Shown: positions 27,637 through 37,010, counted from the stretch's first letter. The stretch: DNA of 40,708 bases from an uncultured Bacteroidales bacterium (GCA_964421215.1 CAYQWA010000041.1:1-40708); one strand, 5' to 3'. Numbers and translations are program-made. Notes: generated from the letters alone by a model not told the origin.

Positions 27637-28329
27637 TCACTCCATCACAAGGATAAACCCGATTCCATGAATATTGTTTATCTGTACCGATTTATCAAGG
27701 CTTAGGTGTTTCCTTAGTTTGGAAATAAACACGTCGAGACTACGGCTATTGAAGTAACTGTCGCTGCCCCAGACCTCATTCAGGATATCTTCCTTTTTCA
27801 GGACTTTATTTTGATTTTGAATAAAGAATTTCAGTAATTCCACTTCACGGGAAGTAAGGTTACGGCTTTCTTTTGGATGTGACAATGTCATGCTGACGGA
27901 ATTGAAAATGTATTCACCAATGGCATACTCCCCTTTACTTTTTTTCGCATTAATGACCTTTCCACGCTTCAAGAATATTTCAATTTTAAGTGCAAGTTCT
28001 TCAATGCTAAAAGGTTTGGTAATGTAGTCGTCCCCACCTACAGTAAGCCCTTCGATCCTGTCTTCCTTCATCGATTTGGCAGAAAGGAACAAAATTGGTA
28101 TGTGCTCGTCGTTTTCCCTGATCTTTTTTGCAAGGGCAAACCCATCCATCTCCGGTAACATCACATCCAGTATACAAAGGTCAAAAGGATTGTCTTCGAA
28201 AACCGATAAGGCCTCTTTTCCATCTTTGCACAAAACAATTTCATACCCTTTGATCTCAAGGTTATCCTTGGTAACATAACTCAGGTAGGGATCATCTTCT
28301 ACATATAATATTTTTGGTTTACTGCTCAT
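27637..28329 (-). CDS. OmpR-family response regulator transcription factor.
   Basis: REC domain (ILYVEDDPYLS..DLCILDVMLPEMDGFALAKKIR) plus a C-terminal winged-helix domain (..REVELLKFF..LKKEDILNEVWG..). The ATG abuts the stop of the upstream kinase (TAAATG). Confidence 0.85.
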   Translation of the reverse strand: MSSKPKILYVEDDPYLSYVTKDNLEIKGYEIVLCKDGKEALSVFEDNPFDLCILDVMLPEMDGFALAKKIRENDEHIPILFLSAKSMKEDRIEGLTVGGDDYITKPFSIEELALKIEIFLKRGKVINAKKSKGEYAIGEYIFNSVSMTLSHPKESRNLTSREVELLKFFIQNQNKVLKKEDILNEVWGSDSYFNSRSLDVFISKLRKHLSLDKSVQINNIHGIGFILVME

Positions 28330-29589
28330 TTAAACTGGAATTTTAATTGAAAATGTGCTGCCCTTTCCTATCTCACTCGATACAGTTATTTGCCATTTAT
28401 GGCTGTCAATAACGTTTTTTACATAATTTAATCCAATACCGAATCCTTTAACATTATGAATATCACCAGTGGGCACTCGAAAAAATTTATTGAAAATCTT
28501 TTTCAGGTATTGTTTTTCTATGCCAATGGCATTGTCTGACACGGAAAGTACAATGCTATGATTGTCAGTTATGGTTGATATTTCAATTTCAGGTTTTCCG
28601 TTGCAATATTTTATTGCATTATCCAGGAGGTTATACAATACATTGGATATATGATGTTTGTCGCCTACGACTAAAGAATGATTAGCTTCAAGAATTAAAG
28701 AAACGCTTCCTTTATTTTCTTCAACAGAATGCTTAAAACCTGCAGTAACCTCCTGAATCAGTTCATGCAGATCGATCTCCTCCTTTTTCAACTTAAATTT
28801 GTTGGTCTCAATACGGGCAAGTTGTAATACTTTATCAATCTGGTGCTCAAGTCGCTTGTTTTGATCTGAAATTATATTGGCATAATTTATAAACCTTTCG
28901 GGATCTTTAGATATTTCTTCTTCAGAGAGCACTCTGGCTGAAATTCCAATGGTTGAAATGGGAGTTTTAAATTCGTGTGTCATGTTGTTGATGAAGTTCT
29001 TCTGGATCTCAGATAACCGCTTTTGCTTGAGTATGACATAGATGGCATAGCCGAAAAATATCACGGCAGTGAATAATACAAGGGAAGATACAAACCAGAT
29101 GTTCATAGTATTTAAAATGAACAGGGTTTTAGACGGGAAACGAATTCCAAAATAATAGGTGAACTCATCGTATTTCTGGAATTTTTTAGTTTCCTGTTCC
29201 TTTCCATTGGAAGTGCTGATATAATTCCCAAACACCATGGCATCTGTTTCACAATCATATATGGCATACTCATAGTCGATGTCCATGTTCCTGAAATCAA
29301 ACTCTGTTTTCAGGTAATGATCCAGTATGCTGGCATCAATGATGTCGTTAATGTCAACAATAAAATAATTGGACGAGATCTGCCGGACTGGATTTTCATT
29401 GGGTAATTCATGACCATTGAAAGCAAGCACTTTTTCAGCTACATTATAGAGGGCAATCTGTACCCGCTGGGTAAATTCCTGCTCCGTAGTGCTGTAGGTC
29501 CGGTTGATCCAGTACAATTGGAACAATATAATACCTATGATGGATATTGATCCAAGAATAACAGCCAGCCTGATGTGATTGTTTTTCAT
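28330..29589 (-). CDS. Sensor histidine kinase with 2 TM helices and a ~140-aa periplasmic domain.
   Basis: HisKA H-box NNMTHEFKTPISTI. HATPase_c motifs (LYNLLDNAIKY; GFGIGLNYVKNVI; GKGSTFSIKIP). Translationally coupled to the regulator. Confidence 0.85.
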   Translation of the reverse strand: MKNNHIRLAVILGSISIIGIILFQLYWINRTYSTTEQEFTQRVQIALYNVAEKVLAFNGHELPNENPVRQISSNYFIVDINDIIDASILDHYLKTEFDFRNMDIDYEYAIYDCETDAMVFGNYISTSNGKEQETKKFQKYDEFTYYFGIRFPSKTLFILNTMNIWFVSSLVLFTAVIFFGYAIYVILKQKRLSEIQKNFINNMTHEFKTPISTIGISARVLSEEEISKDPERFINYANIISDQNKRLEHQIDKVLQLARIETNKFKLKKEEIDLHELIQEVTAGFKHSVEENKGSVSLILEANHSLVVGDKHHISNVLYNLLDNAIKYCNGKPEIEISTITDNHSIVLSVSDNAIGIEKQYLKKIFNKFFRVPTGDIHNVKGFGIGLNYVKNVIDSHKWQITVSSEIGKGSTFSIKIPV

Positions 29590-29866
29590 TTGATGTAAAG
29601 ATAAATAAAAGCAACAAAAATTGATGTTTATGTATTTTCGTTTAACAAATCTTTACAATTGGCAATTGCAAGTTTGTTTTTAATCAGTTCCAATATTTTA
29701 TGGATTGATACCATAAATTTATGCTTAAAGAAATAGTGACAACTTGGGTAAAAAAATCAATGACATTAGCAACTGCTCATAAAAAATTTTACTTTCGCAT
29801 ATCAAAGCAACCGAATGGTAATTCCTGCCATCTTGATTGTATAATATTCCTTAATTAATTTTAATT

Positions 29867-30646
29867 ATGCTAAAAACAATTTTATCTTCTTTTCTCACGA
29901 CTATATTTGTGATTTGCTTCATGTCTGTGTTTGCACAGGACGGAAATACCCGCTACATTGGAATGGAATCGGGAATTAATGTCATTTTTACAGAGTTGCC
30001 GGAATATGACTTTATCCGGGGTGACATGGATGACTATGGTGGCGGAGTTCATGCCAATGAACTTACAGGTTATTGTTCAAGCTGGTATGCCGGAGTTAAA
30101 ACCGAATCCCGGTCAAAAAACAAGCATTTTGGTTTCACATCTGGAATCCATTTCACCAGGCTTAGTTCCAACCTGACCGGATCCTCTTATTACAGTTCCA
30201 ATGCTGATTTTTTCTACTTGTTGCTAAGGGAACATGGAACAACAACAGAATACCTTAAAGTTAAAGAAGTCACAGAGTCCTCCAACTATATTGGTATTCC
30301 TCTTGAGATAAGATACATTCCTTACCATGAAGACATGTTTGGATTTTATCTGAAGGCCGGTAGTAGTTTTAATTATCGTTTAAGCTCTACACATGATGTG
30401 GAGTTTTATAATGATGAAATGAGTAAATATAAGAATGATGTTGTCGCGAAGTTTGAAGAACCTGTTAACCTTTTTTCGAATTTGTATTTCGGAGCGGGGC
30501 TCATCATTGGCAATGAAGACAAACCTCATGTAGGAATAGAAGGAGTTGCACCGACATTTGTATTTAGCCGGAGAGTATCAGGCATTGTTGATCCTATAGC
30601 AGGTATAGGATTTCAAGTTCATGTATATGTTCCTTTAAATCAGTAA
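29867..30646 (+). CDS. Hypothetical secreted protein, possibly an outer-membrane beta-barrel.
   Basis: Signal peptide (..FMSVFAQ). Alternating hydrophobic beta-strand-like segments. No recognised family. Confidence 0.4.
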   Translation: MLKTILSSFLTTIFVICFMSVFAQDGNTRYIGMESGINVIFTELPEYDFIRGDMDDYGGGVHANELTGYCSSWYAGVKTESRSKNKHFGFTSGIHFTRLSSNLTGSSYYSSNADFFYLLLREHGTTTEYLKVKEVTESSNYIGIPLEIRYIPYHEDMFGFYLKAGSSFNYRLSSTHDVEFYNDEMSKYKNDVVAKFEEPVNLFSNLYFGAGLIIGNEDKPHVGIEGVAPTFVFSRRVSGIVDPIAGIGFQVHVYVPLNQ

Positions 30647-30651
30647 TAATT

Positions 30652-31251
30652 ATGAAAAACCAAATAATATTTTTTGCCTTCACACTGGTGATTATTTTCT
30701 CCGGTTGTAGTAAAGAAAGCGAATTAAGAGAGTCAGTTTTTATTACAGATCCTGACCATGCTGGATTGCCCATTTATTCGGAGTGGGGCTACAATACATT
30801 TGGCGCGTATTACGACAGGGAAACATTCCGGTCGAACAGTTACGATGTGCCTTTGAAAGTATCTGTAACAAACGATTCAACTTATTTTTCCTTTACCGGA
30901 CAAAAAGGAGGTTACGGTTATGATGATAATGTGTCGTTAAAATTTATTTTTCCTGATTATAACCCTGAAGAATATTTCGACCTCATTGAATTAGATGACA
31001 CAACTTTTGACCTCGTTGATTCAGGTTGCAGGGTCCGGTTTAAATTTGGCGATGCTGAATACGATGGTACAGTACTGGAGGGCTATCTTCAATTTAAAAG
31101 AGCTCAACAGTTATTGGTGGATGAAGAACAGGTTGAAGTGATTTTATCCGGGCTGTTTGAATTCAAAATCCTCGTTGACAGTGAGCCGGTTTCTATTACA
31201 GATGGTAGGTTTGATATCGGTGTGGGATACCATAACTTCTTTGTTTATTAA
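30652..31251 (+). CDS. Hypothetical lipoprotein.
   Basis: Signal peptide with a lipobox-like ..IIFSGCSKES. 199 aa. The start lies 5 nt after the upstream stop. Confidence 0.45.
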   Translation: MKNQIIFFAFTLVIIFSGCSKESELRESVFITDPDHAGLPIYSEWGYNTFGAYYDRETFRSNSYDVPLKVSVTNDSTYFSFTGQKGGYGYDDNVSLKFIFPDYNPEEYFDLIELDDTTFDLVDSGCRVRFKFGDAEYDGTVLEGYLQFKRAQQLLVDEEQVEVILSGLFEFKILVDSEPVSITDGRFDIGVGYHNFFVY

Positions 31252-31270
31252 AGGATCCGTATTGGGAAAT

Positions 31271-31305
31271 AAAAAAGCCGCACTTTACAGGTGCGGCTTT
31301 TTATT
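31271..31305. terminator. Bidirectional rho-independent terminator.
   Basis: AAAAAA-GCCGCAC-TTTACAG-GTGCGGC-TTTTTATT: a 7-bp GC-rich stem with an A-run before and a T-run after. It sits between convergent genes ending at 31251 (+) and 31319 (-). Confidence 0.8.
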
Positions 31306-31318
31306 AGATTCTATTTTT

Positions 31319-32038
31319 TTAATGCTTTATAGCAAGCTTTTGTGTTGTGATCATTTTACCATTGGTTGAGATCCTGTAGAAATAAATACCTTCTGAAATA
31401 TCAGCTGTATTCAATTGTACATTGGATTCAACAGTATTTACTTGTCTGATCAGCGATCCGGTAATATCAATTAGCTCGAAAGTATATGCACTGTTGCTTA
31501 ACTTAGCTTCGAACTGAATGTTCACAATGTCATTAGCTGGATTGGGGTAAACCCGGGCCGAAGCAGCAATATTGTCGTTAACACCTACTTCCAGGCCGTT
31601 ATAAACAACAGTTACCATGGTTGAATCATTGGGATTGCTTTCGTCGAAGAAAACGTAAGAAATTGTTGATTCTCCGATATTTCCTCCAGGGTAGTAGTGT
31701 CCTGAAAAGTCAGTGTCATTAGTAGCTCCGCCTTCAATGGTAATTGAATAGGGCGACAGGCTAACATTAGGTGCAATGCAAAGCAACCAGCAGAAAGCAC
31801 TGGAAGCACCAGGTACCATAATCTCTTCATAGCGACGAACAAGTACATCTATGGCGTTGCCACTGGTATTGGTAACATCCATATATACTACAATTTCGTC
31901 TTGTGCGGATGATCCATCCACATAAACTACTTCATTGGGTTCCAATTGATTGCCATCATGGGTAAGTACAAGACTTTGTGCGGAAACAAAGCTTGCAACT
32001 AATACTGCAATAAATGTAAGGAGTAAATTTGTTTTCAT
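31319..32038 (-). CDS. Secreted protein with a T9SS C-terminal sorting domain.
   Basis: Signal peptide (MKTNLLLTFIAVLVASFVSAQ). The C-terminus ..ADISEGIYFYRISTNGKMITTQKLAIKH matches the Por_Secre_tail consensus. Confidence 0.7.
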   Translation of the reverse strand: MKTNLLLTFIAVLVASFVSAQSLVLTHDGNQLEPNEVVYVDGSSAQDEIVVYMDVTNTSGNAIDVLVRRYEEIMVPGASSAFCWLLCIAPNVSLSPYSITIEGGATNDTDFSGHYYPGGNIGESTISYVFFDESNPNDSTMVTVVYNGLEVGVNDNIAASARVYPNPANDIVNIQFEAKLSNSAYTFELIDITGSLIRQVNTVESNVQLNTADISEGIYFYRISTNGKMITTQKLAIKH

Positions 32039-32237
32039 AATATCTATGTTTTAATGTTTTAAACTTTTAACGCTGCAAATTTAAGTATATTTAAAGTCTT
32101 AGTATTATTATTTTTCAAGCAGTAGTTAACAATTTGTAATAATTATAAATTAAAGAAAATCAACGTCAATCCATTCTGTTAAGTTAACATTTTATAATTT
32201 TAATCCCTCTATCAGATAATCTCTAATCTTTATAAAT

Positions 32238-33518
32238 ATGGACAAAATGAAATATGTATTCGTTGCTTTAATTTTACTTTTTACATTTACATTCTGCAAT
32301 ACTTCTACTCAGAATAATGAATCGGCCGTTAGTAAAAGCGAACAGAACCAGGATCTACAAGATGAGGAAACTCAGTGGGTGTCTTTGTTTGACGGGAAAA
32401 CCACCAATGGTTGGAAAGGGTTTAAGAAAGACGTAGTACCCTCAGGATGGATCGTTGAGGATGGAAATTTTGTGGCACTTGGAAAAGGTGGTGATCTTGG
32501 TGGTGATGTGATCACTATTGACCAGTTTGAGGATTTTGAGCTTTACCTTGAATGGGCTGTTGAGGAAGGTGGCAATAGTGGAATATTTTTTAATGTGCTA
32601 GAAGAGGGTTATCCCACTGTATATGCTACAGGTCCTGAATACCAGGTGCTCGATGATGTAGGCTACCCCCATGAACTGGAGGAATGGCAGCTGGCAGGGG
32701 CCAATTATGCCATGCACAATGCCGCTGACAAAGTGTTGAAACCTGCTGGAGAGTTTAACTCAAGCAGGATCATTGTCCATGACGGACATGTTCAGCATTG
32801 GCTTAATGGTGATATGGTTGTGGAATATGATTTATGGACGGACGATTGGAAAGAACGTGTGCAAAATTCAAAGTGGAAAGATTTTCCCGGCTATGGATTA
32901 GCGCGTAAAGGCCATATAGGTCTGCAGGATCATGGAGATGTTGTCCGCTTTAGAAACATTAAAGTTCGTGACCTGACCGAAAAGGGTGAAGCAATATTTA
33001 ATGGAAACAATCTGGATGGATGGAAGATACATGGAACCGAAAAATGGTTCGCTGAAAATGGTACATTGGTTTGTGAAAGCGGACCTGATAAAGCTTACGG
33101 TTATCTGGCAACCGAACAAATTTACAAGGACTTTATTCTACGGCTGGAATTTAAGCAGGAATCAAACGGTAACAGTGGAGTCTTTTTCAGGTCTACGCTC
33201 GAAGGAACAAAGATAAGTGGCTGGCAGGTGGAAGTGGCGCCTAAAGGTTATGATTCAGGTGGTATTTATGAATCCTATGGTAGAGGCTGGTTATACCAGA
33301 TCCCTGATGATAGAGAGCATATTCTAAAGGAAGAAGAATGGAATGAATTGATCATTAAAGTGGAGGGCGACAGGGTAATAACCTGGCTGAATGGTGAAAT
33401 GATGACTGACCTGAGTGATGAATTAATCGGACAGGCTCAGGGCAGTGTAGCACTGCAGATCCATGATGGAGGAGATGTTAAAGTGAGGTGGCGGAATATT
33501 TACCTCAAAGAAATATAA
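32238..33518 (+). CDS. Lipoprotein with two tandem DUF1080 (3-keto-disaccharide hydrolase-like, LamG/jelly-roll) domains.
   Basis: Lipoprotein-type signal (..LLFTFTFCNTST). Domain 1 runs from ..WVSLFDGKTTNGWKGFKK.. to GGNSGIFFN. Domain 2 runs from ..IFNGNNLDGWKIHGTEKWFAENGTLV.. to NGNSGVFFRS. Each ends in ..HxGDVxxRWRNIxxKE. Confidence 0.75.
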   Translation: MDKMKYVFVALILLFTFTFCNTSTQNNESAVSKSEQNQDLQDEETQWVSLFDGKTTNGWKGFKKDVVPSGWIVEDGNFVALGKGGDLGGDVITIDQFEDFELYLEWAVEEGGNSGIFFNVLEEGYPTVYATGPEYQVLDDVGYPHELEEWQLAGANYAMHNAADKVLKPAGEFNSSRIIVHDGHVQHWLNGDMVVEYDLWTDDWKERVQNSKWKDFPGYGLARKGHIGLQDHGDVVRFRNIKVRDLTEKGEAIFNGNNLDGWKIHGTEKWFAENGTLVCESGPDKAYGYLATEQIYKDFILRLEFKQESNGNSGVFFRSTLEGTKISGWQVEVAPKGYDSGGIYESYGRGWLYQIPDDREHILKEEEWNELIIKVEGDRVITWLNGEMMTDLSDELIGQAQGSVALQIHDGGDVKVRWRNIYLKEI

Positions 33519-33526
33519 AACTGAAG

Positions 33527-34315
33527 ATGGAAGAATGGGTAGTTGTCCGATCCTTTACCTATCCTCACGAGGCGCACCTTGTAAAAACTAAACTTGAATC
33601 CCGGGGTATCGAAACACAGTTAAAAGATGAATTAACTGTTCAGGTCCATAACTTTTACTCAAACGCAATTGGGGGTGTAAAATTACTCGTTCGTCAATCT
33701 GATGAAAAAGATGCTCTGGAGATCTTAAACGATTCAGGGAATACTGGTAAGGATGAAGCAGCAGGTGATGAAAATTTAAAAAGAAAGAAGTTAAGGTATT
33801 CAAAAATCCTTTATGCTGTTGCCGTTGTCATCCTGTTGGTTGCCATTGGAACTGCAGTTTATTCAATCTTTTTAATTCCTTCACAATCTGAAAAACTAAG
33901 CCTGAATGCATGGTGTTTCGAAGGATTGTATTATAAAGACTGGGAATTTACTCCAAATACAATTGAACCCGACGAAGTAAAGAGCTCAACACAAATACAA
34001 TTTGAATTTGTAAATTCCTGCAGAGAGTATATGGTTTTTTATAAGGAAGGGATCGTGACATTGCCAGGTTTTGATACAGAAAAAATTAAGGCCCGATGGA
34101 AAATGGAGGAAAAGAAACTGTTCATAATTCCCGCAAACGGGGATATGTCGTTGGTTAATGAAGAAAAAGAGGGTATTATAGAAGGCAAGGAGGTGTTAGA
34201 AAATATTTACTATGGGATATACGATGTAAAGTTTCAATCCATATATTTGACACTTGAATCGGAAAAGCGAATTATTTATGGGTCAAGAAAGTACGATAAC
34301 AAATTCAGCTTCTGA
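33527..34315 (+). CDS. DUF2007 (putative signal-transducing) domain - TM - C-terminal domain protein. The start is taken at the ATG at 33527 rather than the GTG at 33488.
   Basis: The N-terminus (EEWVVVRSFTYPHEAHLVKTKLESRGIETQLKDE..GGVKLLVRQSDEKDALEIL) resembles DUF2007. A single TM (ILYAVAVVILLVAIGTAVYSIFLI) is followed by a ~160-aa domain. Confidence 0.55.
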   Translation: MEEWVVVRSFTYPHEAHLVKTKLESRGIETQLKDELTVQVHNFYSNAIGGVKLLVRQSDEKDALEILNDSGNTGKDEAAGDENLKRKKLRYSKILYAVAVVILLVAIGTAVYSIFLIPSQSEKLSLNAWCFEGLYYKDWEFTPNTIEPDEVKSSTQIQFEFVNSCREYMVFYKEGIVTLPGFDTEKIKARWKMEEKKLFIIPANGDMSLVNEEKEGIIEGKEVLENIYYGIYDVKFQSIYLTLESEKRIIYGSRKYDNKFSF

Positions 34316-34481
34316 TGGTAACGGATGGATTTGTCCTGGCTGTAACTCTGATAATGTGGTTATCATGAAAAGGACCGGGCTCATTACTTTGCTGTCCTTA
34401 TTGTTGTTTGCTCTGCCATTACCCATTTTTAAGAAACGATTGTATTGCTTTGACTGCGAATTTGAATGGAAAAAAGATTAA
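34278..34481 (+). CDS. Small zinc-ribbon membrane protein (CPGC ... CFDC, one TM), 67 aa. It would overlap the previous gene's 3' end by 38 nt.
   Basis: Two CxxC pairs flank a hydrophobic helix (LITLLSLLLFALPLPIF). The frame differs from the upstream gene. Its reality is uncertain. Confidence 0.35.
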   Translation: MGQESTITNSASDGNGWICPGCNSDNVVIMKRTGLITLLSLLLFALPLPIFKKRLYCFDCEFEWKKD

Positions 34482-34505
34482 AACAAAATTACAGAAAAGT
34501 AGAGT

Positions 34506-34985
34506 ATGACAAGTAACGGACAAACGATCTCGAATGCGGGGGTAAGATGGATGCTCGTCCTTAGGGTAATTATTGGTTGGCACTTTATGTATGAAGGGCT
34601 GGTGAAATTTACCAATCCGAACTGGTCAAGTGTTGGGTTTCTTTTAGATTCCCAGGGATGGTTCAAAGGTATGTTTGAATCGATGGCTGCAAATCCTAAT
34701 GTGTTGGCTGTAGTTGACTTTATGAACATCTGGGGATTGATCGCCATTGGTTTAGGATTGATACTTGGGCTGTTTACAAGAGTTGCAACCTGGTCTGGAA
34801 TTGTATTACTGGCTATGTATTACCTTTCACATCCACCATTTGTAGGCTTAAAGTACGGAATGCCCATGGAAGGAAGTTATCTGGTAATTAATAAAATACT
34901 AATTGAAATGGTTGCTCTGATTACACTGTTGTTTGTCCCGACAGGAAAGTACATTGGGATCGACCGGTTGATTTGTAAAAAGTAG
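34506..34985 (+). CDS. DoxX family membrane protein.
   Basis: 159 aa with 4 TM helices. DoxX-like N-terminus (..RWMLVLRVIIGWHFMYEGLVKF..). Confidence 0.6.
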   Translation: MTSNGQTISNAGVRWMLVLRVIIGWHFMYEGLVKFTNPNWSSVGFLLDSQGWFKGMFESMAANPNVLAVVDFMNIWGLIAIGLGLILGLFTRVATWSGIVLLAMYYLSHPPFVGLKYGMPMEGSYLVINKILIEMVALITLLFVPTGKYIGIDRLICKK

Positions 34986-34998
34986 GAGTGGAATTTTT

Positions 34999-36549
34999 AT
35001 GGAAGAAAAAACAAACAAAATAGGAAGACGGGATATCATTAAAGGACTTGCAACTGTACCCATAGCAGGTGCTTTATTATATGGGTGGTACAGAAAACGG
35101 AGGTATGAAAACTTGTTTAAAAAGGCCATTCAGGAAGAGGTGAAACTGAACGGCCAAAATCCGGTTTTGAACAGGAGAGTATCCACCGACAAGCAGATCA
35201 GACTTGGGATCATAGGATCAGGTGGCCGGGGAAGGTATTTATTAAAGGCTGCCGGATTTTTAAGGCCAGAGGTAATTGACAGTTTTATTGAACAAAGCAA
35301 AGAAAATAAGTCTGACAAACGATACAAGGAATTCCTTGAACAGGAAGATTTGAATATTGTGATCAATGGTATTTGTGATATTTACGATGAAAATGCCAAA
35401 AGAGGAATTGCAGCCTGTTCTAATATTTGCCGGAATCCGACCAATGGTGAAATGGGAAATCAACCAAAAAGATATACCAATTACAAGGATCTTCTTGCTG
35501 CAGAAGATATTGATGCAGTAATTATTGCTACACCTGACCATTGGCACGGCACCATGACCATCGAAGCAGCTAAAGCAGGAAAGCATGTTTATTGTGAAAA
35601 GCCTTTGACCTGGACTGTTGCTGAAACATATGAAGTAATTAATGCTGTCAAAGAAAATGGCATCGTTTTCCAGCTTGGACATCAAAACAGGCAAACAGAA
35701 AGTTATTTCAAAGCCAAGGAAGCTTACGAGAAAGGGGTGCTGGGAAAGGTAAACCTTGTAGAAGTCACAACCAACAGGAACAGTCCGAATGGGGCCTGGG
35801 TTTATAATATAGAAGAAGGAGCAGGGCCACATAATATTGATTGGCAACAATTCCTCGGACCGGCTCCTTACCATGAGTTTAGCCTTGAACGTTTTTTCCG
35901 CTGGCGATGCTGGTGGGATTACAGCACCGGTTTATCAGGCGATTTGTTTACTCATGAATACGATGCCATGAACCAGATCCTTGATCTTGGTATCCCTGAA
36001 TCTGCAGTCTCCTCTGGAGGAATCTATTTTTACAAAGATGGTAGAACCGTACCCGATGTTTTGCAACAAACGTTTGAATATCCTGACCGAGATCTTACAT
36101 TGATGTATAGTGCATCACTCGCAAGTAATATGCGTCGGGGACGCAGGATTATGGGTCATGATGCCTATATGGAAGTCGGAGGAGATTTAAAGATCTATGC
36201 CGACCAGGGATCTACAAAATATGCAGAAAAAATTGAGGCCGGCCTAATTGATCCCAATCTGCCTATCTATTCATTTACACCGGGAATGAAACAGGTAGAT
36301 GCAATTACTTCTCCAACGGAACAGTATTTTGCAGGAAGGGGATTACTTTATACATACAGAAGCGGTAAAAGGGTAGATACATCACACCTTCATATTAAAG
36401 ACTGGCTTGATTGTATTCGTGAAGGAGGCCAACCCAGCTGTAACATTGATCTGGCATTTGAAGAAGCCATGACCGCACATATGGGTACCATTGCTTACCG
36501 GGAAAACCGGAAAGTATATTGGGATAAGGAGAAGAAAGAGATTGTATAA
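34999..36549 (+). CDS. Gfo/Idh/MocA family oxidoreductase with a Tat-type signal (candidate periplasmic glycoside 3-dehydrogenase).
   Basis: Twin-arginine motif GRRDIIKG plus an h-region. Rossmann motif LGIIGSGGRG. ..DAVIIATPDHWHG.., EKPLTWTV.., ..RWRCWWDYSTG.., typical of the Gfo/Idh/MocA family. Confidence 0.8.
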   Translation: MEEKTNKIGRRDIIKGLATVPIAGALLYGWYRKRRYENLFKKAIQEEVKLNGQNPVLNRRVSTDKQIRLGIIGSGGRGRYLLKAAGFLRPEVIDSFIEQSKENKSDKRYKEFLEQEDLNIVINGICDIYDENAKRGIAACSNICRNPTNGEMGNQPKRYTNYKDLLAAEDIDAVIIATPDHWHGTMTIEAAKAGKHVYCEKPLTWTVAETYEVINAVKENGIVFQLGHQNRQTESYFKAKEAYEKGVLGKVNLVEVTTNRNSPNGAWVYNIEEGAGPHNIDWQQFLGPAPYHEFSLERFFRWRCWWDYSTGLSGDLFTHEYDAMNQILDLGIPESAVSSGGIYFYKDGRTVPDVLQQTFEYPDRDLTLMYSASLASNMRRGRRIMGHDAYMEVGGDLKIYADQGSTKYAEKIEAGLIDPNLPIYSFTPGMKQVDAITSPTEQYFAGRGLLYTYRSGKRVDTSHLHIKDWLDCIREGGQPSCNIDLAFEEAMTAHMGTIAYRENRKVYWDKEKKEIV

Positions 36550-36581
36550 CAATTAATAATATATCTTTTATAGATATCAAT

Positions 36582-36630
36582 TTTTCACGCAAAGAAATCA
36601 AAGAAAATTTGCAAAATAACGCAAAGAAAT
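36582..36630. repeat. Left-flank repeats of the GxxExxY element: TTTCACGCAAAG (36583-36594) is the inverted partner of 37045-37056. ACGCAAAGAAAT is a direct repeat at 36587-36598 and 36619-36630.
   Basis: Read directly from the sequence; see the matching feature at 37011-37057. Confidence 0.6.
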
Positions 36631-36631
36631 A

Positions 36632-37009
36632 ATGACTGAAAACGAGATATCTTATAAGATTATAGGAATCGCTATAGATATCCATAAAAGAATTGGACCT
36701 GGTTTATTGGAATCAGCCTATGAAAATGCATTAGTATACGACCTCAGCGAAGCAGGATTTGAAGTAAAGCAACACCAACAAATGCCGTTTATTTATAAAG
36801 GTGTTCGGCAGGATGTTGGTTACAGAATTGACATAATAGTGAATGATAAAGTTATTATTGAAGTTAAATCTATTGAAGCACTGGCGCCTGTTCATTTTGC
36901 ACAAACACTAACATACTTAAAATTGTCTGAGCTCAAACTGGCGTTACTAATTAATTTTAATAGCAAAGTTCTAAAAGGAAATATTCACAGAATTGTGAAT
37001 AATCTTTAA
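36632..37009 (+). CDS. GxxExxY protein (PD-(D/E)XK nuclease superfamily, TIGR04256-like).
   Basis: The signature GLLESAYENAL (G-x-x-E-x-x-Y) is present, with the typical ~125-aa length and the sequence ISYKIIGIAIDIHKRIGPG... The family is multi-copy in Bacteroidota genomes. Confidence 0.85.
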   Translation: MTENEISYKIIGIAIDIHKRIGPGLLESAYENALVYDLSEAGFEVKQHQQMPFIYKGVRQDVGYRIDIIVNDKVIIEVKSIEALAPVHFAQTLTYLKLSELKLALLINFNSKVLKGNIHRIVNNL

Positions 37010-37010
37010 A

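Noticed and set aside
29655-29680. TGGCAATTGCA, checked as a sigma-54 -24/-12 promoter (TGGCAC-N5-TTGCW) upstream of the HK/RR operon.
   Set aside because: The GG to GC spacing is 6 instead of 10. The match comes from a GCAATTGC palindrome. I found no convincing sigma-54 promoter anywhere in the window.
35260-35874. 204-aa minus-strand ORF inside the first Gfo/Idh/MocA gene.
   Set aside because: It is antisense to a gene with unambiguous family motifs. It is a shadow ORF.
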